Virus record (IMG/VR): IMGVR_UViG_3300010362_000067
Coordinates: 1-32,647 of that record
DNA: 32,647 nucleotides
Reading direction: 5' to 3' (one strand)
Source of the DNA: a virus
Taxonomy: Duplodnaviria; Caudoviricetes
Shown here: positions 24,605 to 32,647 of the stretch, piece by piece
Layout: every line of letters begins with the position of its first letter
How positions within the stretch are numbered: position 1 is the stretch's first letter
The notes under the pieces: generated by a model
Told to the model about the DNA's origin: nothing
Databases searched by the model: none
The model's input: only the letters and a program-made list of their open reading frames with translations
Translations under genes and position numbers: made by a program

Positions 24605-25971
24605 GTCCGAGCCCGCCGCGCAAGCCGACGAACGCGCCCGCCAACCCGCCGGTCGCGCTGCAGTTCGACTTCCACCTGACCGACCCGCACGTCCAGCAGG
24701 CGATCCGCGACCGTGCCGCACGGCTGGCCGAGAATGTCGGCGAGACCACGGGCCGGGCGGTCACCGATGCGCTTGAGGTCGCGCTCCGCGAGGGGATGTC
24801 AATCGCCGACACGGCCAAGCTCATCGACAAGGTCGCGTTCGGCCTGAGTGCCGCGCAGCGGGCCACGACGATCGCGCGGACCGAGACGATCGGCGCTTTG
24901 AATCACGGCCAATTCATGGCGGCCGCCGAGTCGGGCGTGATCGAAGGGAAGGAATGGCTCACGCAGGGCGACAGCCGCGTGCGCGAGACGCACACCGCGT
25001 GCGAACACGAAGGCGTGATCCCGATGGACGGCACGTTCTCGAACGGCTGCAGCTACCCCGGCGACCCGGCGGGCGAGCCCGAGGAAGTCATCAACTGCGT
25101 GGCCGACGCTGACGCGGAGATCGTAACGAGTACGGGGCGCAAGCGGATAAGCGAGGTCGCCGTTGGCGACTATGTGTTAAGCCACAAGCTCCGGTATCGG
25201 CGGGTCGTTCGTGTTCGGTCCCGCGATCCATATTCCGGCCCGCTCGTGTCGCTCTGGGCCGGTGGGCGCCAAGTATGTGTAACCGGCGGCCATCCATTCC
25301 TTACCCGCTCCGGGTGGAATCGGGCTTTGGCGTTGCAAGTCGGCAATGAGATCGCTGTCCTTTGCCCGGCCGCGCACGTTGAGGGCGCGGAGTTCCTGCG
25401 CGACGAGGTCCTGCGCGGTCGTGTACCACTCCCGCTTGAATCGCGTTCGCATCCCGCGCTTGGGCATTGTCGGGTAGAACGCCACCAACTCGGCGCGCCG
25501 GAGTTTGGTCCGCAGGTACGGCAACAACAGCCATGCCGTGAGTCGGCCCGCGCCAGCCATCGCCTGAAAGCGATGCACGGGCATCCAGTTGGGACGAGGT
25601 TGCTGGAATCTGCTCTCATAGCAGACGCCGTAGCCGAGGGTGGTCTGCACCCACTGGCACAGTCCGAGATCACCATTGGTGAGGATCGCACGCAGAAGCC
25701 ACTTGGCTTGGCCGTTCACGCGCTTCCGGCCGATGCTGAAACAGCCATCGGCATCGAAGAGGCCAGCGATGTAGGCGAGGTCGGAGGCGAGAATCATTCC
25801 CGCATGGTACTCACCTACGCACGAATTGAGAAGATGCTCATAACGGCCGTGACGGCTCGACGTGTATTCAACCTCGCCGTGGACGAGGACGAGTCCTACA
25901 TCATCAATGGCATCGTCTCGCATAACTGTCGCTGCAGTCTCCTCTACTACAACTCTTTGGAGGGTGCGTGA
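24601..25971 (+). CDS. MuF / SPP1 gp7-like head morphogenesis protein, intein-containing
   Basis: ATGA overlap with portal stop; RATTIARTET, KEWLTQGDSRVRETH, YPGDP...EVIN|intein|CRC. Confidence 0.92.
   Translation: MSPSPPRKPTNAPANPPVALQFDFHLTDPHVQQAIRDRAARLAENVGETTGRAVTDALEVALREGMSIADTAKLIDKVAFGLSAAQRATTIARTETIGALNHGQFMAAAESGVIEGKEWLTQGDSRVRETHTACEHEGVIPMDGTFSNGCSYPGDPAGEPEEVINCVADADAEIVTSTGRKRISEVAVGDYVLSHKLRYRRVVRVRSRDPYSGPLVSLWAGGRQVCVTGGHPFLTRSGWNRALALQVGNEIAVLCPAAHVEGAEFLRDEVLRGRVPLPLESRSHPALGHCRVERHQLGAPEFGPQVRQQQPCRESARASHRLKAMHGHPVGTRLLESALIADAVAEGGLHPLAQSEITIGEDRTQKPLGLAVHALPADAETAIGIEEASDVGEVGGENHSRMVLTYARIEKMLITAVTARRVFNLAVDEDESYIINGIVSHNCRCSLLYYNSLEGA
25096..25926 (+). mobile_element. 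Intein (277 aa) in MuF
   Basis: Block A CVADADAEIVT..G.KRISEV.VGD.VLSH; block B VTGGHPFLT..GW; blocks F/G VFNLAVDEDESYIINGIVSHN followed by C; excision restores INCRC. Confidence 0.93.
25177..25797 (-). CDS. Single-motif LAGLIDADG homing endonuclease nested antisense inside the intein
   Basis: MILASDLAYIAGLFDADGCFSI...LTNGD..L..WVQTTLGYG...LLPYLRTK..RAEL...ELRALNVRG; ATG at 25797, core ends near 25370, first stop at 25177. Confidence 0.88.
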   Translation of the reverse strand: MILASDLAYIAGLFDADGCFSIGRKRVNGQAKWLLRAILTNGDLGLCQWVQTTLGYGVCYESRFQQPRPNWMPVHRFQAMAGAGRLTAWLLLPYLRTKLRRAELVAFYPTMPKRGMRTRFKREWYTTAQDLVAQELRALNVRGRAKDSDLIADLQRQSPIPPGAGKEWMAAGYTYLAPTGPERHERAGIWIAGPNTNDPPIPELVA

Positions 25972-26895
25972 ATGCCGACCGTCCAAGCGCGACAGCGGAC
26001 CCCTTCATCGAAACTGACGAAACCGAAGGCAGGCGTGCGCGGCTGGATGAACGAGCGGGTGTACGTCTCGACGAAGCTCGAACTCCGGCAGCTACCGACG
26101 CTCGATGCGCCGAACGATCTGCCCGAGGGCGTGTGCGGACGGCTCACCGGCATCGCGCTCACGTACAACGTGTCGGACGAGTACGGCACGGTGTTCTTGC
26201 CCGGCTCGCTCGCGCGCACCCGCGCGGAAGCGGTGGCGCGCGCGAAGGTCAAGCTCTTCGCGGATCACGGGCCGTTCACGGAGACCCATGTGGGCGTGGT
26301 CCGCTCGCTCGACGACGTCGGCGACGCGGCCGTGATGACGGCCGACCTCTTCGACACCGAGGCGGGCCGCGAGATGAAGGAATATCTCGCGGCCGTGCTC
26401 GCGAGTGGCGGCGAGACGGGGCTCTCGATTGGCTTCCGCCCGATCGAACAGGAGTGGCGCGCCGATCCCGAGTCGGGGGACATGTTCTGCGCGTTCAAGG
26501 AGATCGCGCTCCGCGAGATCTCGATCACGCCGGTCCCGGCTGTGCCCGGCACGACCGTCACGAGCGTCCGGCAGGAGCCGGGCGAAACGGAGGACGCCTT
26601 GCTCGTGCGCGTGCTGCGCACTATCCTAGCGGCGTTACCGGAACGCGAAGCGCGCGCCGTGTTCGATGCGGTCTATCCCATCGACGAGGCGAGTGCAGGC
26701 GCCGACCCGTCGGATACCTCGGTCGCCCCGGTCGCTGATGCAACAGCGACGGCAGCGGGTGCTGAGACGGACGCCGCACGAGGGACGGAGAGCGCGACGG
26801 ACGCATCGGGGGATGGTTCTCTCGGCGCGCGATTGGCGACGATGGAGCACCGGCTCAAGGCCGTGCGCTTTGGCGTAGCCATGCCCGTCGGATAA
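25972..26895 (+). CDS. HK97-family prohead protease
   Basis: LTGIALTYNVSDEYG..F.PGS, LFADH, GLSIGF, LREISITPVPA; start could be 26048. Confidence 0.9.
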   Translation: MPTVQARQRTPSSKLTKPKAGVRGWMNERVYVSTKLELRQLPTLDAPNDLPEGVCGRLTGIALTYNVSDEYGTVFLPGSLARTRAEAVARAKVKLFADHGPFTETHVGVVRSLDDVGDAAVMTADLFDTEAGREMKEYLAAVLASGGETGLSIGFRPIEQEWRADPESGDMFCAFKEIALREISITPVPAVPGTTVTSVRQEPGETEDALLVRVLRTILAALPEREARAVFDAVYPIDEASAGADPSDTSVAPVADATATAAGAETDAARGTESATDASGDGSLGARLATMEHRLKAVRFGVAMPVG

Positions 26896-26966
26896 GGAGC
26901 GCCGCCCACTTTTCGTTCGGCCCCCCGATCGCAATCGACCACGATACCGATCGGAGTGCGCTTCAC

Positions 26967-28400
26967 ATGGCTACGACCGTCGAGCCAGTGACGGGCCAGC
27001 CCTTCACGCTGGCCACCAAGAACCGCAAAGCAATGGAATTGCGGGCACAAGCCCGCGCGATCCGCGACGAGATCCTCGACGAGTCGAAGCCGATGACCGT
27101 CGACGAGGTCAAGAAAAAGCAGGACGTGATGAACGCGCTCGAAGCCCGGGCGAACGCCGTCGCCGAGTTCACCGCCGACGCCGAGATCGAGCGACAGGGC
27201 GGCATGGGCGGGACCGGCGTCACCCCGGTCGTCGGCCCCGAGAACCGCTCGGACGGGCGGCTCCAGACCCGCAAGGGCCGCATGAAGATGCAGGACCGGA
27301 TCAACGATCTCGCGATCCGCATCGGCAACGAGTTCCAAGACATCCGGCACTTCCTCTCGGTCGCGGTCGCGGGCTCGAACCCGGTCGAGAACGACACGCA
27401 GCGGCGGCTGATCGAGGAAGCGCGCACGTTGACCCGCGCCATCGTCGGCACGGCTGGCGACGTCTCGGGCGGCGAGTTCGTGCTCCCGCTCACGCAGGTG
27501 CAGTCGATCTTCTCACTGGCGAATATTCAGCAGGGGCTCTTGCAGCGCGCCCGCAGCTACAACGTGCCGGGCCGCACGCTCCGCATTCCCTATTTGGCGC
27601 AGACGGACGACGGCCAATCGTCGACCGTGAACAACCGGCCGATGGCGGGCCAGATCGCCAACGTCGGCATCGTGGGCGAGGGCTCGACCAAGCCGATCCG
27701 GCAGCCGGTGTTCGGCCAGCGGCTGCTCACGGTGTTCAAGTACGCCGCGATCACGCAGGTCTCGGACGAGTTGCTCGGGGACGACTTCACGGGCGAACTG
27801 CCGCAGGAGTTCGTCAACGCGGTCGGCCAGCAGACGCTCAACGCGGTGAACGAGGACATCACGATCTCGGGCTCTGACGTCTCGGGCGCCACGATGCCCG
27901 CCGGGGCGCTCCGGCCCGCGTCGCCCTACAACATCGCCGTCGTCCGGCAGACCGCCGGGACGATCACGACGCAGGATCTCTTCGCGATGTACGCGCAGCA
28001 CACGCACGGGCCGAACTCGGTCTGGCTCGCGTCGCGGCGCACCATCCAAGCGATCTATGCCTTGAGCCTCACGGCGGGCTCGATGGTCACGTTCCTCCGC
28101 GACCTGCGCGGGCTCCCCGAGATGATGATCTTGGGCTACCCGCTCGTGTTGACGGATCTCTTAAACACGCTCGGCACCACGGGCGACTTCGCGCTCGTGA
28201 ATCCCGACTTCTACGCCTTCGCCTTGCGGCAGGCGCTCACGGTCGAGTCGAGCCGGGACTTCGCCTTCATCCAAGATCTCACCACGTACCGCTTCGTGGT
28301 GCGCGCGGGCGGCATCCCAATCAACACCGGGCGCTACGCCTACAAGTACGGCACGACGTCGGGCATCGACGAGCATTCCCCGTTCGTCTACCTGCAATGA
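26967..28400 (+). CDS. HK97-fold major capsid protein
   Basis: Coiled-coil N-terminus, GGEFVLP, VGEGSTKP, VSDELLGD, ILGYPLV, GDFALV; position after the protease. Confidence 0.93.
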   Translation: MATTVEPVTGQPFTLATKNRKAMELRAQARAIRDEILDESKPMTVDEVKKKQDVMNALEARANAVAEFTADAEIERQGGMGGTGVTPVVGPENRSDGRLQTRKGRMKMQDRINDLAIRIGNEFQDIRHFLSVAVAGSNPVENDTQRRLIEEARTLTRAIVGTAGDVSGGEFVLPLTQVQSIFSLANIQQGLLQRARSYNVPGRTLRIPYLAQTDDGQSSTVNNRPMAGQIANVGIVGEGSTKPIRQPVFGQRLLTVFKYAAITQVSDELLGDDFTGELPQEFVNAVGQQTLNAVNEDITISGSDVSGATMPAGALRPASPYNIAVVRQTAGTITTQDLFAMYAQHTHGPNSVWLASRRTIQAIYALSLTAGSMVTFLRDLRGLPEMMILGYPLVLTDLLNTLGTTGDFALVNPDFYAFALRQALTVESSRDFAFIQDLTTYRFVVRAGGIPINTGRYAYKYGTTSGIDEHSPFVYLQ

Positions 28401-28410
28401 GAGATCGCTC

Positions 28411-28575
28411 ATGTTCCTCGGCGCGTTGTTCATCGGCACCGGTGTCGTGCTGCTCGCCGTGTGGCTCGTGCACAAGTACCTGACGCCCGCGTACCAGCGG
28501 GCGGGCTACATGCTCGTCGCGTGTGTGTGGGTGTTGTTCCTGTTGTCGCTCTGGAGCGCCGTCGCCAGCCGGTAA
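28411..28575 (+). CDS. 54-aa two-TM membrane protein (absent from ORF track)
   Basis: MFLGALFIGTGVVLLAVWLVHKYLTPAYQRAGYMLVACVWVLFLLSLWSAVASR*; fills the gap between capsid and glycosyltransferase. Confidence 0.65.
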   Translation: MFLGALFIGTGVVLLAVWLVHKYLTPAYQRAGYMLVACVWVLFLLSLWSAVASR

Positions 28576-28585
28576 GGAGACTCTC

Positions 28586-29638
28586 GTGGGAGATCGCCTG
28601 TTCGAGATCGATCGCGGGCGCATGCTGACTCCCGTCGGCGTTCCGTTGAGCTACCCGGCCGTGTACACCACGGCCGGGCCGCGTGTCTTGCAGTTGACGA
28701 CGTACGACCCCGGCGCGGCCGCGTACCGCTACCACTCCGCGATGAATTGCGTGGTCGGCGGCCGCTCGGCGTTCGTGCGCTGGGGGAACGAGAACCCTCA
28801 CTGTGATCTCCGGCAGTGGGACGGCGTGCAAGACCGGCGCGTCGTCGAATCCCTCTTCGACGAAGCGGACGTGATCCACTGCCACATGGATTACACGACG
28901 CTGGGGCGGATCTCCCGGTGGCCGAGCCCCGCGCGCCACTTGCTCGTCCGGCATTACCACGGCTCCGCGCTCAACACGCTCGATCCGATCGTGAACAACG
29001 AGGAGGACCACGGCTTCGGCGCCGTCCAGATCGGGGCGCGGCTCTATCACCGGCGCTTCTCGAAGCGCATGCACTGGCTCCCGATCCCGATCCCCGTGCG
29101 GGACTACTGGACCCTCGCACAAAACATCACGCGCCGGTCGCCGGACGTCGTACGGATCGCGCACAGCCCGACCAACTGGCGCATCAAGGGATCGGTCGCG
29201 CTCCAGCACGCGATCATCGATCTCCAAGCCAAAGGGCTCAAGGTCGAACTCGTCGAGATCAAAGGCGTCTCGCACGCGGTGGCGCTCGCGATGAAAGCCT
29301 CGTGCGACATCACCTTCGATTCCTTCTGGCTCGGGATACAGGGCTCGGGCTTGGAAGGCGCCGCGATGGGGCAAGCGGTGATCGCGGGCGACCCCGAGGT
29401 CAAGGCCGAATATGAGAACTCTGAAGTCGGCTACTGCCCGTACACCTACGCGCTCAACTTCGACGAGCTACGGGTCGTGCTCGAACGGCTCGTGCTTGAC
29501 GAGGCATACCGGTCAAGTGAAGCGGCGCGGGTGAGCCAATACGTCAAGGAATGGCACGACTATCCGGTCGTCGGCCGCCGGTACTGGGCCATCATCGAGG
29601 CCGAGCGGCAGGCGGCGGCCGTGGAGCGGTCCGCATGA
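28586..29638 (+). CDS. GT-B fold glycosyltransferase-like protein
   Basis: AAGGAG RBS with GTG 28586; ADVIHCH, RIAHSPT..RIKG, CDITFD, LEGAAMGQAVIA. Confidence 0.75.
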   Translation: MGDRLFEIDRGRMLTPVGVPLSYPAVYTTAGPRVLQLTTYDPGAAAYRYHSAMNCVVGGRSAFVRWGNENPHCDLRQWDGVQDRRVVESLFDEADVIHCHMDYTTLGRISRWPSPARHLLVRHYHGSALNTLDPIVNNEEDHGFGAVQIGARLYHRRFSKRMHWLPIPIPVRDYWTLAQNITRRSPDVVRIAHSPTNWRIKGSVALQHAIIDLQAKGLKVELVEIKGVSHAVALAMKASCDITFDSFWLGIQGSGLEGAAMGQAVIAGDPEVKAEYENSEVGYCPYTYALNFDELRVVLERLVLDEAYRSSEAARVSQYVKEWHDYPVVGRRYWAIIEAERQAAAVERSA

Positions 29639-30252
29639 CCACCCCGCCGATCGATCCGCCGGTCGAGCCGCTCGTCACGGTCGACGCGTTCAAGCAATAC
29701 GCGCGCATCGAGACCACCGCCGAGGACGATCTCATCGCGGAGCTACTCGTCGAGGTGGTCGGGCTGATCGAGACCTACATCGGCAAGAGCTTGACGACCG
29801 AAGAGATCACGATCACCGACGACGCCACGACGTTCCGCTTTTACGAGGGACCGAGCCCCCGGCCGCCCGCGCTCATTCTGCCCTACATGCAGATCGATCC
29901 GGCGTCGATCCGCATCACCGATCCCGGCGGCCTCGCCATCGATCCGTCGACCTACCGGGTGCGGCTCGACAAGCGGCTCGTGCAGGGCGCGTTCGTGCTC
30001 TGCAGCGGCGCCTACACCATCACCTGCACGGCCGGGTACGGCACGCTCCCCGATTACACAACGCGGTGGCTCCCGCGCATCCGGTCGACGATCAAGGACT
30101 ACGCGCTCTTCCTCTACCAGCAGCGCACGCCGGGCGCGTCGAGCGAGGGCGCAGCGGGGACGTCGGTCTCGTACGGCGATATCGATCCCGACACGGGCCT
30201 GCCGAACCGCGTGCGCATGGCGCTCCGCAAGCTCCGGGGGATCATCGCGTGA
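29635..30252 (+). CDS. Head-tail connector (HK97 gp6-like)
   Basis: EPLVTVDAFKQYARIE...EDDLI..L....IETYIG...ITCTAGY; ATGA coupling. Confidence 0.85.
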   Translation: MTTPPIDPPVEPLVTVDAFKQYARIETTAEDDLIAELLVEVVGLIETYIGKSLTTEEITITDDATTFRFYEGPSPRPPALILPYMQIDPASIRITDPGGLAIDPSTYRVRLDKRLVQGAFVLCSGAYTITCTAGYGTLPDYTTRWLPRIRSTIKDYALFLYQQRTPGASSEGAAGTSVSYGDIDPDTGLPNRVRMALRKLRGIIA

Positions 30253-30656
30253 CCAACGCGCCGGGGCTCCGCGACCAACGCATCCGGCTCTATGCGCCGG
30301 TCGACCGGGGATCGGACGGCTACGTGCGCCAGTCGTTCGTCTTGGAGGGCGAGCGGTGGGGGCGGTTGGACGAGTCCCGCACGGCCACGTCGCTCATGCA
30401 AGAACGCTTACAGACCCGCGTCGATGCGTTGCTGGAGTTCGCGGACGAGGTCACGGTCCCGATCAACGGCGTCGTGATGGACATGGCCGACAAGCGCGCG
30501 TGGTGGATTCGCGGGATCTATGGCGTCAGGAAGCTCCGGCGCGTGATCGTCGCCTTGGAACGGATCTCCGACGAGCACTTCCGCACGCTCTCGGTCTACG
30601 ACAGCCCGTCGTCGCTCGATGGCGTCCATGTGATCAACCGGCGGGTGGGCGGATGA
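30249..30656 (+). CDS. Head closure / head-tail adaptor (putative)
   Basis: GTGA overlap; PGLRDQRIRL...DG...WG; position after the connector. Confidence 0.65.
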   Translation: MTNAPGLRDQRIRLYAPVDRGSDGYVRQSFVLEGERWGRLDESRTATSLMQERLQTRVDALLEFADEVTVPINGVVMDMADKRAWWIRGIYGVRKLRRVIVALERISDEHFRTLSVYDSPSSLDGVHVINRRVGG

Positions 30657-32647
30657 CCCAACTCACCTACGCCGACCGCATTCAGGAGACCGCCGTCAAC
30701 GTCGGCAACGACGTCGTGATCGGTCTGCTCGGCGCAGCCGACGCGCGGCTCCGCACGTTCGCGGAAGGCGGGCTCGATGGGAAAACGGTCGCCTACTGTA
30801 TCGAGCACCGCGAGGCGGCCGAGTGGGAGATCGGCTACGGGATCTACGAGGCAGGCGGCACGACGCTCACGCGCGCGGTCGTGTTCTGCAACTCGGCGGG
30901 CACGCAGAACTTGATCAACTTCACATTCGGGTTCGTGGATGTGTGGAACGATCTCCCCGCCGAGAAGATGGTCTCGCTCGACGCGGACTCGAACCACCTG
31001 ACGCTTCCGGGCGATGTCACGATCCACGGCTCGCTCGGCGTCGATGGCGCGATCACGGCGGGCGGTCCCATCACCGGCTCAACGATTCACGGCATCCTCG
31101 AAGGACCGCTCGAATGGTCCGGCATCATCAACACGCCGACGACGCTCGCGGGCTACGGCATCACCGACGCGTGGACGCAGGCGGAGGGCGATCTCCGCTA
31201 TGTGCAGATCGGTGCGCCGATCGACTGGGCGGTCATCACGAACACGCCGACGACGCTCGCGGGCTACGGGATCACCGACGCGTTCACCAAGACCGAGAGT
31301 GACGCGCGCTATCTCCAGCAGGGCGGCACGGGCTTCGTGGTGTCGGTCTCCGGCACGGCTGGGCGGATCTCGGTCACCGGTGGGCAGGCGGCCGTGGTCG
31401 ACATCGACGCGGCCTATGTCGGACAGCCCTCGATCACGACGCTCGGGACGATTGCGTCCGGTGTGTGGAACGGCACGCCGGTCGCGACGGCGTACGGCGG
31501 CACGGGGTTCACGACGTACGGTCCCGGCGATCTCTTGCACGGGTTGCCCTCGGGCGCGCTCAATCGGTTGCCCGGACCAACGACATCGGTCAAGCAGTTC
31601 CTCACGAGCACGGGCACCGGCACAGCGCCAAACGCGCCCGCGTGGGGCACGATCACAGCGGCCGACGTTGGCTCGGGCACGTTCCCCGGCACCGGCCCGT
31701 ACACGTTCGCGACCAACGTCACGATCGCGGGCTCGAATCTGACGATCTCGCCCACCCCCGGATCGGCAGCATTCCTGACGCTTCGCTCGAACGTCGCCCC
31801 GGCGCAGATCGTCATCGTCGCGGCAACGACCAGCGACCGGTGGCGGCTGTATTTCTCCGACGGCTCGGCGGAAACCGGCGGGAATGCTGGCAGCAGCTTG
31901 TTCCTCGAAGCGCGTGACGACACCGGCACAGTCATCGACCGGCCAATTCAGGTATCGCGTGCCCTCGGTAGTGGCATTCTGCTCGGCTCGAATAGCGCCA
32001 CCACCGCGCGCACCGTCGGCCTGTATGGTCCAGCAGGAACGAATCGAACGCTAGAGTTTCGGACGGGGAGCAGCCTCTTTCGTTGGCGTCTCACGGCCAA
32101 CAGCACGGCGGAAGCGGGATCGAACGCGGGATCAGATTTCCAAATCACCGCGCTCACCGATGGCAATTCTCTCATCGACAACCCGATCGCCATCGTGCGC
32201 GCGGGTGGCGGGGCGATCACCTTGGGCGGCACGACCGCGCGGCCCGTCAACTTCACGGGCACGCTCACGGCGACCGGACTCGCGACCTTCAATGGCGGCA
32301 TCTCGATCACCGGCACACCGACGTTCACGACGCCCGTCCCACCGACGTCCGGCGGCACGGGACTCAACACCTATGTGACCGGCGACATGCTCTACGCGAG
32401 CGCCGCGAACACGCTCGCGCGCCGCGCGATCGGCGCGGCTGGGCAAGTGTTGACCGTCGTCAGTGGCGTCCCGACGTGGCAAACCCCGCAGGTCGTGGAC
32501 ACCCTCCCGTGGTCCGCGATCACCGGCACGCCGACGACGCTCGCAGGGTACGGCATCACCGACGCGTGGACGAAAGACGAAGCCGACGCGCGCTACATCC
32601 AATCGGTCGGCGAGTCCATCCCGTGGACGGCGATCGGTGGCACGCCG
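30653..32647 (+). CDS. Fibre-like virion protein, 3'-truncated (absent from ORF track)
   Basis: Frame open from ATG 30653 to window end; ADRIQET...EWEIGYG N-domain; TPTTLAGYGITDA at 31133, 31244, 32528; G/T-rich. Confidence 0.88.
   Translation, partial: MTQLTYADRIQETAVNVGNDVVIGLLGAADARLRTFAEGGLDGKTVAYCIEHREAAEWEIGYGIYEAGGTTLTRAVVFCNSAGTQNLINFTFGFVDVWNDLPAEKMVSLDADSNHLTLPGDVTIHGSLGVDGAITAGGPITGSTIHGILEGPLEWSGIINTPTTLAGYGITDAWTQAEGDLRYVQIGAPIDWAVITNTPTTLAGYGITDAFTKTESDARYLQQGGTGFVVSVSGTAGRISVTGGQAAVVDIDAAYVGQPSITTLGTIASGVWNGTPVATAYGGTGFTTYGPGDLLHGLPSGALNRLPGPTTSVKQFLTSTGTGTAPNAPAWGTITAADVGSGTFPGTGPYTFATNVTIAGSNLTISPTPGSAAFLTLRSNVAPAQIVIVAATTSDRWRLYFSDGSAETGGNAGSSLFLEARDDTGTVIDRPIQVSRALGSGILLGSNSATTARTVGLYGPAGTNRTLEFRTGSSLFRWRLTANSTAEAGSNAGSDFQITALTDGNSLIDNPIAIVRAGGGAITLGGTTARPVNFTGTLTATGLATFNGGISITGTPTFTTPVPPTSGGTGLNTYVTGDMLYASAANTLARRAIGAAGQVLTVVSGVPTWQTPQVVDTLPWSAITGTPTTLAGYGITDAWTKDEADARYIQSVGESIPWTAIGGTP

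Larger units (their letters stand above)
1..32647 (+). mobile_element. Tailed dsDNA phage / prophage segment (early region plus packaging and head module)
   Basis: Canonical order terS-terL-portal-MuF-protease-capsid-connector-closure, preceded by many small co-oriented phage-type genes. No integrase or att site is visible, so lifestyle is unresolved. Confidence 0.97.

Noticed and set aside
252-24721. Long minus-strand ORFs (252-1433, 4490-5860, 11384-12511, 23093-24721 and others)
   Set aside because: Shadow frames of GC-rich + strand genes with no recognisable motifs, unlike the LAGLIDADG ORF.
25798-25986. N-terminal 63 aa of the 269-aa minus ORF
   Set aside because: Antisense read of intein blocks F/G; the LAGLIDADG helix normally lies near the N-terminus, favouring ATG 25797.
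1-32647. tRNA/rRNA genes, DGR or retron
   Set aside because: No cloverleaf, reverse transcriptase motif or adenine-specific repeat pair noticed; a covariance search would be needed to exclude small RNAs.

Overview
GC-rich segment of a tailed dsDNA bacteriophage (or prophage) with an HK97-type head. Nearly all genes are on the + strand. (i) About 1-18.1 kb is an early/accessory region of ~35 mostly small genes: DUF932, XRE-HTH proteins, a GHKL ATPase with an HExxH motif, YodL-like, a TonB C-terminal-domain protein, DUF6011, DUF3846, DUF6166, DUF5131. Its left part is built as cassettes, each opened by a repeated ~87-90 bp element: a sigma70-like promoter (TTGCGC-16/17-TAnnnT), a GC-rich hairpin with compensatory changes, and a 19-bp box AACCGCT-N3-AYCGAGGGA just before the start codon. 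(ii) About 18.4-32.6 kb is the packaging/head module: terminase small subunit, a degenerate Nudix protein, terminase large subunit, a portal fused to a zeta-toxin-like P-loop kinase, an intein-containing MuF protein, HK97 protease, major capsid, a glycosyltransferase, head-tail connector/closure and a truncated fibre protein. The most striking observation: the MuF intein carries a LAGLIDADG homing endonuclease on the opposite strand, exactly where an intein endonuclease domain normally sits, while the intein frame stays open through it. All family assignments are by motif recognition only; no database searches were run.
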